From: Octopus sinensis
Taxonomy: Eukaryota
Reading direction: 5' to 3'
DNA length: 64,000 bases
NCBI RefSeq assembly: GCF_006345805.1
Contig: NC_043007.1
Coordinates: 38,006,001 to 38,070,000, forward strand
Both the position numbers and the translations under genes were made by a program. This document shows, in pieces, positions 27,107 through 38,645 of this stretch. How positions within the stretch are numbered: the stretch's first letter is position 1; every line of letters starts with the position of its first letter. The notes beneath the pieces were generated by a model. The model saw nothing but the letters and a program-made list of their open reading frames with translations. It was not told the DNA's origin and made no database searches.

Positions 27107-27797
27107 TATATTATATATATATATATATTCTTTTATTCCTTTATACATTTCAGCCCTTGAAGGCTGTGCCCCAACATGGTCACAGTCCTATAAGCCAGTT
27201 TTTGCACATATGTGAGATTTTTTGTTTTATTCAATCCACTATTTATTCATTCCCCATGTCGTGTCACTAAAGAAAAAACCTAGTCCACCAATCAAGAAAC
27301 AAGGTTTGTTTCTTCATTGGATTTCAGATAATACTTTCAACTACTGACTCAGGGTCAGAAATTTGGCGGGAGAGGCGGTAGTCCATTACATTGACAGAAT
27401 TTGAACTTAGAACCTAAGCTGGAAGAAACGCCACTAAGTATTTTGTCCGGAGTGCTAGCGGCTAGTATTACTCACTGAACTTTCAAATAAAATCTGTATA
27501 TCATAGTGTTCCATTCATGGTTAAATCGGCGTAAGAATGTGGGTGTGGTGTGTGTGTGTGTGTGTGTGGTGTGTGTGTGTCTGCATCTATATATGTTTCT
27601 ATGCTTTGCTTTGGGCCCTCAACTCTTTGGTGAATCGTAGGGGTACCGTTAGGACTTATGGCGTATTTTGGATACTCTCACACACGTACACACATACACA
27701 CACACACATACACACACACCTTATCCTTTATGGACACTTCCAAGCCTTATATATATATAATACTAAAAGTCTGTGATTGTTTGCTTGTGTGCTTGCT
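26329..27797. repeat. About 670-bp inverted duplication around a (TA)n tract
   Basis: 26392-27060 is the reverse complement of 27130-27797; 26329-26391 repeats 27129-27192. Confidence 0.9.
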
Positions 27798-28278
27798 TGC
27801 ATGCAAGTTTCGCGTAAATCGGATCACGGATTTTTTTTCTCTTTTTGTTTGTTTCCACAAATTTAAGCAGTGAAACCTGGAGTTATTGCTCTTTACTGTG
27901 AACACCTGGATAGTTTTGTTTGCGTGTTTGCTTGTGTGCGTGCTGGTCTGTAATTTAATACAGCCAAACCAGCGCATAATGGGGAAAATCCTCTAAATAT
28001 AATGTGCCCCTGAAATGCGAATACAAACAGAATAAGACAGGCTTCGCGTAAATCGGACCACGGGTTCCCAAGATATGCGATTTTTTCGGGTACCTTTATA
28101 AGAAGCCAAACCGGCACATAATGGGAAAATACTCTGAAAGCAAGGTACCATTGAAATGTGAATGCAAACGGAATAAAACGAGTTTCGGGTAAATCGGAGC
28201 GCGGGCTCCTGAGATACGCGGTTTTTTCGGGTACCTCGAACTACTGGTGACCTAACGGGTCACGGGTAGGTAGTCTAG
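27748..28278 (+). mobile_element. Non-autonomous Helitron-type element (second family)
   Basis: 5' TATATAATACTAAAAG in (TA)n, internal sub-repeats of about 140 bp, hairpin GTGACC-TAACG-GGTCAC, CTAG|T end. Confidence 0.7.
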
Positions 28279-31200
28279 TGTTTCTATATAAGCATATGTG
28301 TGTGTATGCTTTATTATTATCATTTATTGTTTGTTTTTGTTTTGGTTTATCTGTTTGTATAGATATGACATGCCAACAAAAACATGCTCTTTAACAAAGT
28401 GAGCTAACGTGTTATCAGAGTTTTTTTTTTTGTTTTTTTTTCTCTCTTTTTAGAGTTTAAGCAATGTCAAATATTTCAAGTGTTGCTTGTTTACCTTTTA
28501 TTGTTCGTTCATTCATTTTTTTTTAACTATTCCAAAGTGGTGGTGACCGATTTATTGGTAGTTGTTTTATCACAAGCCAGCTTTGATCCAGCAAATCTAT
28601 GGTTCAAAGGCTGCGACCATTCCACCTGTGTTTCTAGGCACAATGCACATTGGACTACAATATTCAATGAATTCTTTTCGATAAGGATATGATTTTAGTA
28701 AGATTTAATTACTGTTTCTAGGCACAGTGAACACGGAATTACATTATTCCCTGTATTTTTTCTTTTCGCAAAAGGAGTGAGAAAGATTTAACTGCTATTT
28801 CTAGTCGATCGAGCCACCGTGTTGAAGTTCCCATCAATGGAACAGTCTATCCCTATTATATCATCAACCAAGTGGTGCTATGAATAAAGATATAGTCGGG
28901 TTAATTGGGTTACGAATTGATAATGGTAACTGATTTTTCCGATAGAACCAAAGAAACTTTGTTTCCGTTGATCTTTCCATTGCTCCTAACAGAGTGTCAC
29001 CTTTTATTTATTTATTTGTTTGTTTGTTTGTTTGTTTGTTTGTTTGTTTGTGTATATCAAGAGGCGAGATTTGAAATTAGAACGCGCAGAGTCGGAAAAG
29101 ACATCACAAGGTAGCCAGTCTGATGTCCTTACTTTTCCACACTAACATGGTCTGTTATTTTACTTATCAACCCCGAAAGTACTGAAAGGTAAAGTTGATC
29201 TTAAGGGGATTTCAACTCAAAGCCCTAAGGGCCGAAACAAATGCTCAAAGCATGCTATCCAACGATCAAACGACTTACGTACTTAATTCATTCTCAGTAT
29301 TTGAGTATACTGTAATATTAAAACTATTGAATCAAACTGATTTCTGATAGTTGGTGTTGTTGGATCTCGACTTGCTGTTTTGTTTGGACCTTTCATCTAA
29401 GTCCTGGTCAGTTTGGTGGAACCTTCTAGGGTCTAGCTTTCCTACTGACATAAATTTCAGGCTCATTAATACATGCAAGTCTCCCTACGGACGTAAATCT
29501 ACAAAGCACATGATAGGAGGTTGGAGGGTATCTATCATATTGCTTTCAAACTTTAGTACAAGGCCAGTATTTTCGGGAGATGTGGTAAGCCGTTTATATC
29601 GACTCCAGTGCTCAACTGGTACTTATTCTATCGGCTCCGAAAGGATGAAATGCAAAGTTGTCCACATTATAATCTCTGAAAAACGAAGGGTTCGATAAAT
29701 CAACCCCTTCATCCTCTCCACGTTAAAATATTACCGACTTCATCAACCTACAAAATATCCAATCTTTGCCTTTGTCGCATGACTCGAAACCGGGTCGTTA
29801 GGTTACGAAGTTTAAGTCACGGCATAACAACACTTTGTCCATGTGGGAGGCCGAGTTATTGGCCAACTAGCAGCCAATCTTCACGAGATAGATAATTCTA
29901 GATCTTTCTGGAATGTCTCGGTTCAAGAGTTGTATAAAGGCTTAGTCTTAGCACCAATGTTCAGTATATAACAACCCACGATCACACAATCTTGCCATTT
30001 ATAATAGTCACTTTTCACGACTTGAACTCAACCTGGATATGTAGTTATAGTTGGCCGATGTGGTGTTGTTACATCATTTACACACAGCCTTACCTAGACC
30101 CAATTTGCAACACCTTCAAAAGTTGGACACGAGGATAAGACTGTTATAAACTAGATATTCGTGAGCATGTCTTTAAACCCCTCCAAATATAGAGGGGAGG
30201 ATACTTTCAACATGGGATAATGAAATTATCATTTGCCCCTAATTCCTGTTGGTCAGTCTTGAATATGAGATAATACTAACTGTACACTCCCTCTTTCATG
30301 CTCCTGAGAACCGATGCTTAGATTGAAGTTTATAGGAGGTTTGACAAATCATGCTATTACTCATATGTAGGCAGTTAGCTACTTTAGTACTGTGAACTGA
30401 AGGAGAATTTGTTACGTAAGTAACTGTTGGTTTTTCACTACATAATTTGGTATCGGTTTTTGTTACCCAGAATATACTACTTCAACGTTGAAAGTTGTCA
30501 CACCTGCAGGGAACGACTCGGTCGCAGCAGTTTTTATCAGATCTTCCCAGCGTGACGTCCAAAGGCATAGTGCAATAAGAATGACGGATGCCTACGCGAT
30601 CACACACAGACGACACGAACACACACAGACGACACGAACACACACAGACGACACGAACACACACGTATAATATGTATGAGAGAGAGAGAGGGGGGTGTGT
30701 GTGTGTGTGTGTGTGTCCATAAATATGAGCACCAAGGTTACTTCTAATAAAGTATATAACAATGAAGAGAGCGTAGGTGTCTGAGTCATTAAAGATTGGC
30801 GGTTCCTATCTTTCTCACCGGTATACTTCAAAGGCTCAGTTGTACAATAAATCTCACCGGTTGTGACCAACCCACTTCTGAATGAAGTGACAGTAACGTA
30901 AAATACTCATACATCAGATTTATATATTGCAATGTTTGGTTCAATTTCTGCAGGGAATAGAATAGTTTTGAACATTATTATATTTAAGACATCCATAAAA
31001 TGGATTGCATGATTACACCCTACCATGGGGCATTATTATAATTTCATTGTATTTCTTCTACAAAATATTTATGTATTACCATTTTATATTTGTTACTTTA
31101 AAATTGCATTCTATCTGTTAGTCTGTCGTTTGGCCGGTCTGTCTATCTGTCATTCTGTTTGCTTGTCTGTCAGTCTGTATGTATGTATTATACACACGCG

Positions 31201-31693
31201 CGTGGTCAGTAATCGATTCAATTATTGATTATAGATTATTGAAATGTACGCAATGAAATATCCAAAACATCAGCAACTTGTTTTCTGGTTTTTATTAATA
31301 TAAACTACACGTGGTTCTTGTTACTATGTAATACCCATAGTCTATATTGATGTAACACTGACTGCATAATACCGATCTGAGAGTTTACTATAGCTGAAAA
31401 TCGAGTCTCAACTTCTTTCTAGGATAATTTATCGCGCATTCAGTGCATCGGTAACTGTTCATGCATACATACATACATACATACATACATACATACATAC
31501 ATACATAATACATACATACATACATACAACATACATACATACATACATACACACATACATAAATACATACATACATACATACACACACATGCACATATAT
31601 ATTTATACCCCTACCCATACAAATACATATATATATATATAAATATGTGTGTGTGTGTGTGTGTGTGGTGTGTGTGTGTGTGTGTGTGTGTGT

Positions 31694-32167
31694 GTGGATG
31701 ATATTAACATAGTAGCCAGAGCACCCTTACAAAACAATGTTGATGATCTAGAAGCTAACACTATGGAGAGCATCCAGCAAATAGCTAACTCCATCCACCA
31801 GCGTATAGAAATAACGATAGACTACCCTAGTAAGCACCTTCACTATAGATTACCAGTTTTAGACACTGAACTCTGGCCAGAAACGAAGAACGGTAAGGTC
31901 CAGATCCTTTACTCTCATTATGCCAAATCCATGGCTTCTAAGTACCTTGTTCACGAGTACGCAGCGATTGCGGAGGATGCTAAGTTCAACATTCTGATAG
32001 CCGACTTGATGAGTGATGAATATGTGTCTCGCTTGTGCGATCTTATGGAATTGGAAAGACACATACAACACTTTATCCACCGCATGCAGTTCTCTGACTA
32101 CAACCAAAGGGACAGGATTAGAGTGTACAAAGGAGCAAGGACTAAAGACAGTAGGGATGAGAAGTGA
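31694..32167 (+). pseudogene. Penelope-like (Neptune-type) reverse transcriptase fragment, palm C-terminus and thumb
   Basis: VDDINIVAR...IANSIHQRIEITIDYPSKH..RLPVLDTELW...YSHYAKSMASKYLVH...MQFSDY, resembling the Neptune RT pattern DYPS.H.D.K.PILDL.VW...LQYSGY from recall; starts directly at (TG)n. Confidence 0.8.
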
Positions 32168-32534
32168 GAGGGAAAAACAGAAGAAAAAAACCGTAAATAA
32201 TACACAGAAACATACAGGGTAATACACACACAACAGACATATATGCACTTACCTATGATACTTATGAGAAATAGAGAGAGATGTAAAAATAAGTGAATAA
32301 GTGAATACATAAATATATCTGTCACATACCTGTGATAAATGTAAGACATAGAGACGGATAAAATAAATAAATAAAACTATATAAAGGGCAGAGACACATA
32401 CAAGATACGAAGCGGACCCATACACACACACAACACATACACACATGAAACTTCATGGACGGCCATAACAATGTCAACAACACGACTAACACGGTCAACA
32501 GCAGCGGCGATACCAACGATGGCAAAAACAACTA

Positions 32535-32671
32535 CTACCAAGATGGCAACACCGTGGGCGAACACACATACACTGAGGAATACAGGAACTGCACCATTTT
32601 TTTTTTTCGGGTCTTGGGACAGCAGCAGCACAATGGGGTGAAAGGATGGGATTGAGGGGAAGGCCATACTG
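32535..32671 (-). CDS. Candidate Cys-rich terminal exon (speculative)
   Basis: Acceptor TTTTTCGCAG|CAG; phase 1 gives (A)VWPSPQSHPFTPLCCCCPKTRKKKMVQFLYSSVYVCSPTVLPSW*; phase 0 gives QYGLPLNPILSPHC...RRCC* ending 32495. Confidence 0.3.
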
Positions 32672-32962
32672 CTGCGAAAAACTATGACACACATATAAGC
32701 GTACACACGCACGCACGTACACGTACGTACACACGTACACACACACACAACACACACACACACACACAAGGACACGCATGCGCATATAAGAATACGCATC
32801 TTAAAAGAACAAAATGCAGTAAGTGGAGCAACAACAACACACGAAATCGGAAAGTATTGCTGAAGAGGTCACAGATGTGTGACGTAAGATTTCCTGACAA
32901 TGGGCATGAGTTAAAATAATAAAATAAGAACAGTAATAAACGAGTGAGGAAAAAATATATTG

Positions 32963-33094
32963 AGCAAATAAAATGAAACCAGTTAAGGTGAAAATTATAT
33001 GTATAATTATAATAATGGCTTAGAAAAATTTTTCTAACCCATTATTATAATTATACATATAATTTTCACCTTAATTGGTTTCATTTTATATGCT
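32963..33094. repeat. Spacerless AT-rich palindrome, 132 bp
   Basis: Arms meet at GAAAAA|TTTTTC (33028/33029); three substitution mismatches. Confidence 0.95.
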
Positions 33095-33228
33095 GGACAA
33101 TGATAAAAAAATTTTAAACAAGTTTTATCCTTTATTATTGCAATTATATATCAAAATGTGACCGCGTGTGTACCGTTGGCTATTTTTCTTCCTCCGTCTT
33201 CCCTTCTTTGAATCTTTCCTTTTCCTAT

Positions 33229-33263
33229 GTTTCTGACGAAGAGCTCCGCTCAAAACGTTAAAC
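33229..33263 (+). ncRNA. Minimal type-I hammerhead-like motif, family H2 (G12A, probably inactive)
   Basis: GUUU-CUGACGA-A-GAGC-UCC-GCUC-AAAAC-GUU-AAAC, inside a Penelope-type terminal remnant at about 33130-33370. Confidence 0.5.
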
Positions 33264-33395
33264 CCTCCTTCTTTCCTTCTTTCCTGGGCGTCCAATAATA
33301 CTATACTTGTTCCACGTCCTCGCGTTGTTGTGTTTTCTCTTTGTGTTTTCATGTTTGGATTAACTTTATATATATATGTGTGTGTGTGTGTATGT

Positions 33396-33484
<89 letters not shown>

Positions 33485-33598
33485 CTGTAATATTTTAAGG
33501 GCCCCAAAAAAATTTTTACTTTAGATGTATGTATGTATAAATTCTTCTACATAATATCGAGGTCTCTTTCATTCTTTTATAGATATGTATGTATGTAT

Positions 33599-33689
<91 letters not shown>

Positions 33690-34215
33690 TACATACAAAT
33701 ACATATACACACACACGCAGAGGAACTCACATGTGTATGTGCGTGTGTGAGAGAGAGTGTATGTGTGTGTGTATGTGTGTGCGCGCGCGTTTAGGAATGT
33801 GTATATGCATATATATCCACACACATACACATACGCGCACAACACATCACACTCACGCACACACACATTCATGTGTGCGCGTGTGTGTGCGTATGTGTGT
33901 GTGTGTGTGTGTGTGAGTGCGCATGTATGTGTATGCGCGCGTGGGTGTGTACATACATGTAAAGGAGGGTTAAGTGTATAAAACAAAGTGTTGTCTTTCT
34001 TCTTGATGCTTGACAGTAATTGCTTGATTTACGACATCATTAGTCGATATCGGCAGCTTTATAAATAGGCAGATGGTAACGGAGGAGTAAGGGCCCGGTT
34101 AAACTAGAACAGAAGAACAGAAACTGGCAGTGGAAGGGGTACAGGGAATTAGTTTGAAATAATAAAGGATGTTAACGCACTCCAGAAGAAATATGTCATT
34201 TCGTATAGTCCAAAG

Positions 34216-34304
34216 TTAAGATGGATTCTTTTGGAAAGACATGGCGTCCGACAGATAAACTTGAGAGACGAACCAACGCAGAGTTCTGTATGTGGGCGCT
34301 GGAC
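34216..34304 (-). CDS. Candidate terminal exon (speculative)
   Basis: Strong acceptor CTACTATTTCTTGCAG|G; phase 1 gives (G)PAPTYRTLRWFVSQVYLSDAMSFQKNPS*. Confidence 0.3.
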
Positions 34305-34348
34305 CTGCAAGAAATAGTAGCCAAATCTATTTTTGTCACTCTCTAGTG

Positions 34349-35027
34349 CATGGGTTCTCAACCATTTTTTTTTTTATCTATGGACCCCTTTGAGTACTAT
34401 TTTATTCTGGTGGACACCCACAGTCATTCGTTGTTTAAAAACTAGTTTTATAGAAACTTCTTTCAAAATTCCTATTTTGTTTTTCACACATTAACTTGTG
34501 CAGGTTGAGCTATGTAAAATGTTAGAGAAAGTAACCTAGCTGTTCCTTTTAATACATACATCTAAAGCAAAATTTGGATCTTTACCTTTTGACCGACAGA
34601 TTTTTAAAATAATTTTTTGTAACTAAACACTTTCAAACTTCGGACACTGGTAGAATGTGTCATATAAAATATCTTTTACTCTTAGCATTTTTGAGAAAAA
34701 CTTATATTTACGAGGTAATTTCACCTTAAAGTTGGCGTATTTCGGTAATTTCAACCAATCAATGACGTGTATTCAGCTGAATAAAATTACTGCCGCTGTT
34801 TGTCAACAACAACTATCGGCGGTGTATTTTTCGTTTGTCACTGTTATTTATGACACCGTTCGTGCGTTTGTACTGCTTTTAGTTTTAAGGTTTTAGGGTT
34901 AGGGTTAGGGTTTTCGGGGCCCTTAAAATATTATTGCTGATCCCTAATTTACTATTTTGTTACATGGATTTCCAAAAGTCTTATAAGGTTCCTCGGGAGC
35001 CATATGGACCCTGTTTGAAAGCCACTA
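34349..35027. mobile_element. hAT MITE with a nested element at about 34576-34935
   Basis: 8-bp TSD CTCTAGTG / CTCTAGTT; the nested segment starting GGATCTTTACCTTTTGACCG recurs at 41500-41750, 51420-51666 and 51860-52106. Confidence 0.75.
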
Positions 35028-35613
35028 CTCTAGTTTAATTTAAAAATTTAAGAAGAGAGCACACATATAACAATGCTGTTTTATATACAATGTTTGAAAA
35101 GTGAAAATGGTGTAATCGTGACTAGAAACTCTTTAGTTAATCATATAGTCTTCGTTAGTCGTATAGTCTTCGTTGCCTGTTCGCAATGTTTTATAGGTTG
35201 CGTGTGAAGACAATGACCCCACAAGAATTTGAGTTTATAAATATTTTATTAACAATGCATTGTTGATATTTACAAAGGGCAGGTCAGGTCAGATGTGGAG
35301 ATGTGCGCTGTTGTAGCGAGCCACCACATCTAACATTTGTCGGCATTTCCTACTCCCGGTTCATGACACCTTTGCACCACCCAAGCAACAACCCTTCAAC
35401 CCAACCTAGTTGGGTCTGTTTGGGCAGTCTTTGCTGGTGAGGGTTTTAAGATGTTGTCGTGCAAATCCTACATCAAGCCTCCTTTAGACGCCTTTTGGCA
35501 TGCCGATCCCCACACAAAGTATACCCAATATATTAATGAAACAACATTCAAGTACATAACATTTAGAAATATTCTGTAACACAACTTGCTATATAATATT
35601 ATTAATGCATATA

Positions 35614-35830
35614 AGGCGGCGAGCTGGCAAAATCGTTAGCATGCCGGACAAAATGCTTAACAGCATTTCATCCGTCTTTGCTTTCTGAGTTAAAATACCA
35701 CTGAGGTCGACTTTGCCTTCCATCCTTTCGGGGTCGATAAAATGAGTACCAGTTGAGCACTGGGCTCGATGTAATCGACTTACTCCCTCCCAGAAATTGT
35801 TAGCCTTGTGCCAAAATTTGAAACCTATAT
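35614..35830 (+). mobile_element. SINE family B
   Basis: AAGGCGGCGAGCTGGCAAAATCGTTAGC...GGGGTCGATAAAATGAGTACCAG. Confidence 0.8.
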
Positions 35831-36010
35831 TATCAATGCATATAATCATTATATTAGGATTGGTGCTTTGGTTAAGTATGACATAAGCACGTTACATAAA
35901 AAAGTGAATGAAAGGGCAGGGACCAAATTGCTGAGACAAGTGAGAGATTTCTCAAGACAACCGAGTGACTCTGACCTTAAGTTGAATATACTGCCTTTAT
36001 AGCTCTAAGC

Positions 36011-36440
36011 CAGAGGTTCTCAACGTGGGCCGTATAGCCCCCAAAGGAGCACTGGGCAGGTAAAAGGGTGAGGAGGCAATGAGGTAACAGAGTTAACATA
36101 CTAAATTTTACCTATAGTAATAATTATGTTATACATGATAAAACTAGTAATGGTTAATAGAATAAATTAAAATGAAACTTTATCAGGAACAGGGAAGTCA
36201 TTAACTTACAATGTATAAAGTAAATTTACAGCTTCTGTTTTTAATTAATATTTTTACCATTTCACTATTAAAAACTTACAAAATCTATTTTTAGGATAAA
36301 ATTTATAAATTATCATCCGTGTTAAGTTAGTTTACTCGTGATACCTCACTAACTACTTAGGTGGGCGCTAGGCGTAACAACTACTTAAAAGGGCGGGCGG
36401 GAGAACTGTAAAGAAAAAAAAAAGAGGTTAATAACAACTA
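36011..36440. mobile_element. hAT MITE
   Basis: CAGAGGTTCTCAAC start, degenerate right TIR, flanks CTCTAAGC / CTCTACAT. Confidence 0.6.
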
Positions 36441-37071
36441 CTCTACATGGTCATTGAATCTGCTAGAAATAGCAAGCAAATTCCATCACACCACACCCTA
36501 TTTTGGACACTGTTGCCCTAGATATGAAAAATAATGTGGAGGCCATGCCTGAAATACCTTTGATCATAGGACTGTTTCACAACACATTAAAGCTTGATAT
36601 CATCTTACATTACATTATTGTAAATAATATTACATGTCTTAAAGCTGCCACAGCTCAGTAATTGTTTTAGCTATTTGAAACGAACGAAGTAAAGGAACGT
36701 GGTCTTTCGGTTTGGCCTGATCTAAGTCATCCTTTTAGAATCTTCGGCGAAAATGTTTGGTGGGAAAATTCGCAGACTTGCTTGGAAGTTTGCTGCATCA
36801 ACTATACTAAGTCAGCCAATACTGATTGTTCGAGGTATATTCATTCAGGCGTTAATACGTTTTATGGCAACACTTTTCCTTGTATGAAACACAATCATGG
36901 TTCTGGACAGGGAAAATCTGAGAGCTATGGTTCAAAGCTCAGCAGGGCCCTCACTTCACGTTTTTGATTATTGGTCTGCCCAGTCAGGGCTGACCTGGGG
37001 CTAAATAACAACAATAACAACTAAACAGAAATTTATAAAATGGAGGTGGATATTTATTACTATTACAGTAT

Positions 37072-37372
37072 GCGTGGAGGCACATGGCCTAGACGTTAGA
37101 GCAGCGGACTCGCGGTTGAGGGATCGCGGGTTCGAATCTCAGACCGGGCGATGTGTGTGTTTATGAGCGAAACACCTAAGCTCCACGCGGCTCCGGCAGA
37201 AGGTAATGGCAAACTTCTGCTGACACTTTCGCCACAACTTTCTCTCACTCCTGCATCTTGCAGCTCACCTGCGGCGGACCGGCGTCCCGTCCAGGTGGTG
37301 AACCTATACGCCAAGGAAACCGGGAAACCGGCCCTTATGAGCCAGGCGTGGCTCGAGAAGGAACAAACAAAC
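37072..37372 (+). mobile_element. tRNA-derived SINE family C
   Basis: A-box-like TGGCCTAGACGTTAG, B box GGTTCGAATC, shared tail. Confidence 0.8.
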
Positions 37373-38157
37373 TATTACCGTATTACAGTAGAACGATAAA
37401 TACTGTGGCAATCTCCTTTAATTCATCTTCGCTCGGCAGATTCATTCCATCACTTTTAAGGCATTTTCATTTCAACATAATCGTTCCACACTTGGAAATG
37501 CTAAATTGTATTCTGATGTCACACACACACACATTTAAAGTGCCTTTGTAGAAATTGTTGAGTGGCCATTTTCTCCAGTGAGTTCATCCGCCCTGTGACA
37601 GGTTTTTTTGATTTTCATCCTGTATAAGTGTGTGTGTGAATGTATGTGGTAGGTGTATAAAATATATAAAAGAATATCGAGTTTTATCATAAAGACAATT
37701 TTGCCGCCCATTTTTTCTTTTCTCCCTCACCCCATTTTATCAAAGAAGCTCAGGCAGTGTGGCTGTACTCGATAGCTACAATGAGACCTCGTATAAGTGG
37801 GCAAAACTGAAAGGTTTAATGTCATATCTTTTCCTTTCCTGCGAAGCTTTCGTTGTCTTCTTCCGGTATCACTGGAAGCGAGAGTCGAGGGAGGAGGAGG
37901 GAAGTCTTAATCTCCAGTGAATTTGATAAGTTGTTATCGAGCATACCTAGAGTCAATGACATTCCAGCCATGACCAACTCGTCATTTTTCAAGCATAGTG
38001 TATTTAAGACTATGCTCTTCAACGTGCTCGTGCTTCATTATGATAGTGGGATGGGGCAAGATTTTTTATTAATTGTGTGACCACGTGAGACAAATTCTTG
38101 ATGAACGACACTCCTCCAATAAAAACAGACATTCAACATCATTTTCACATTTTCGTA

Positions 38158-38417
38158 CCACATGGTTCCGGGTTCAGTCCCACTGCGTGGAACCTTGGGC
38201 AAGTGTCTTCTACTATAGCCTCGGGTCGACCAAAGCCTTGTGAGTGGATTTGGTAGACGGAAACTGAAAGAAGAAGGCTTACAAAGAATAAGTCCTGGGG
38301 TCGATTTGCTCGACTAAAGGCGGTGCTCCTGCATGGCCACAGTCAAATGACTGAAACAAGTATACACACACGCATCGGTTGTCAAGCTATGTTGGGGGAC
38401 GAACACAGATACACAAA

Positions 38418-38496
<79 letters not shown>

Positions 38497-38645
38497 GACG
38501 GGCTTCTTTCAGTTTCCGTCTACCAAACCCACCCACAAGGCTTTGGTCGGCCCGAGGCTATAGTAGAAGACACTTGCCCAAGTTGCTACCTGGAACCATG
38601 TGGCTGGTAAGCAAGCTACTTACCACACAGCCACTCCTGCGCCTA
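38158..38645. mobile_element. Two partial SINE family A copies in opposite orientation
   Basis: Plus copy 38158-38360 lacks its middle; minus copy 38375-38645 lacks its tail. Confidence 0.75.

Noticed and set aside
31649-32167. 172-aa ORF as a novel host protein or selenoprotein-type Naiad element
   Set aside because: The N-terminus is (TG)n; the rest is an RT fragment closer to my recollection of Neptune, with no evidence for an N-terminal endonuclease or Sec codons.
32455-32655. Plus-strand Asn-rich ORF MDGHNNVNN...
   Set aside because: Degenerate (AAC)n-like composition, no splice or promoter support.
37822-38080. ORFs MKSIVLNTLCLKNDELV... and MSSSGITGSESRG... as host exons
   Set aside because: 37940-38030 matches a dispersed repeat also seen at about 36500, 39800, 45500 and 47000, and adjoins a mariner-like scrap.
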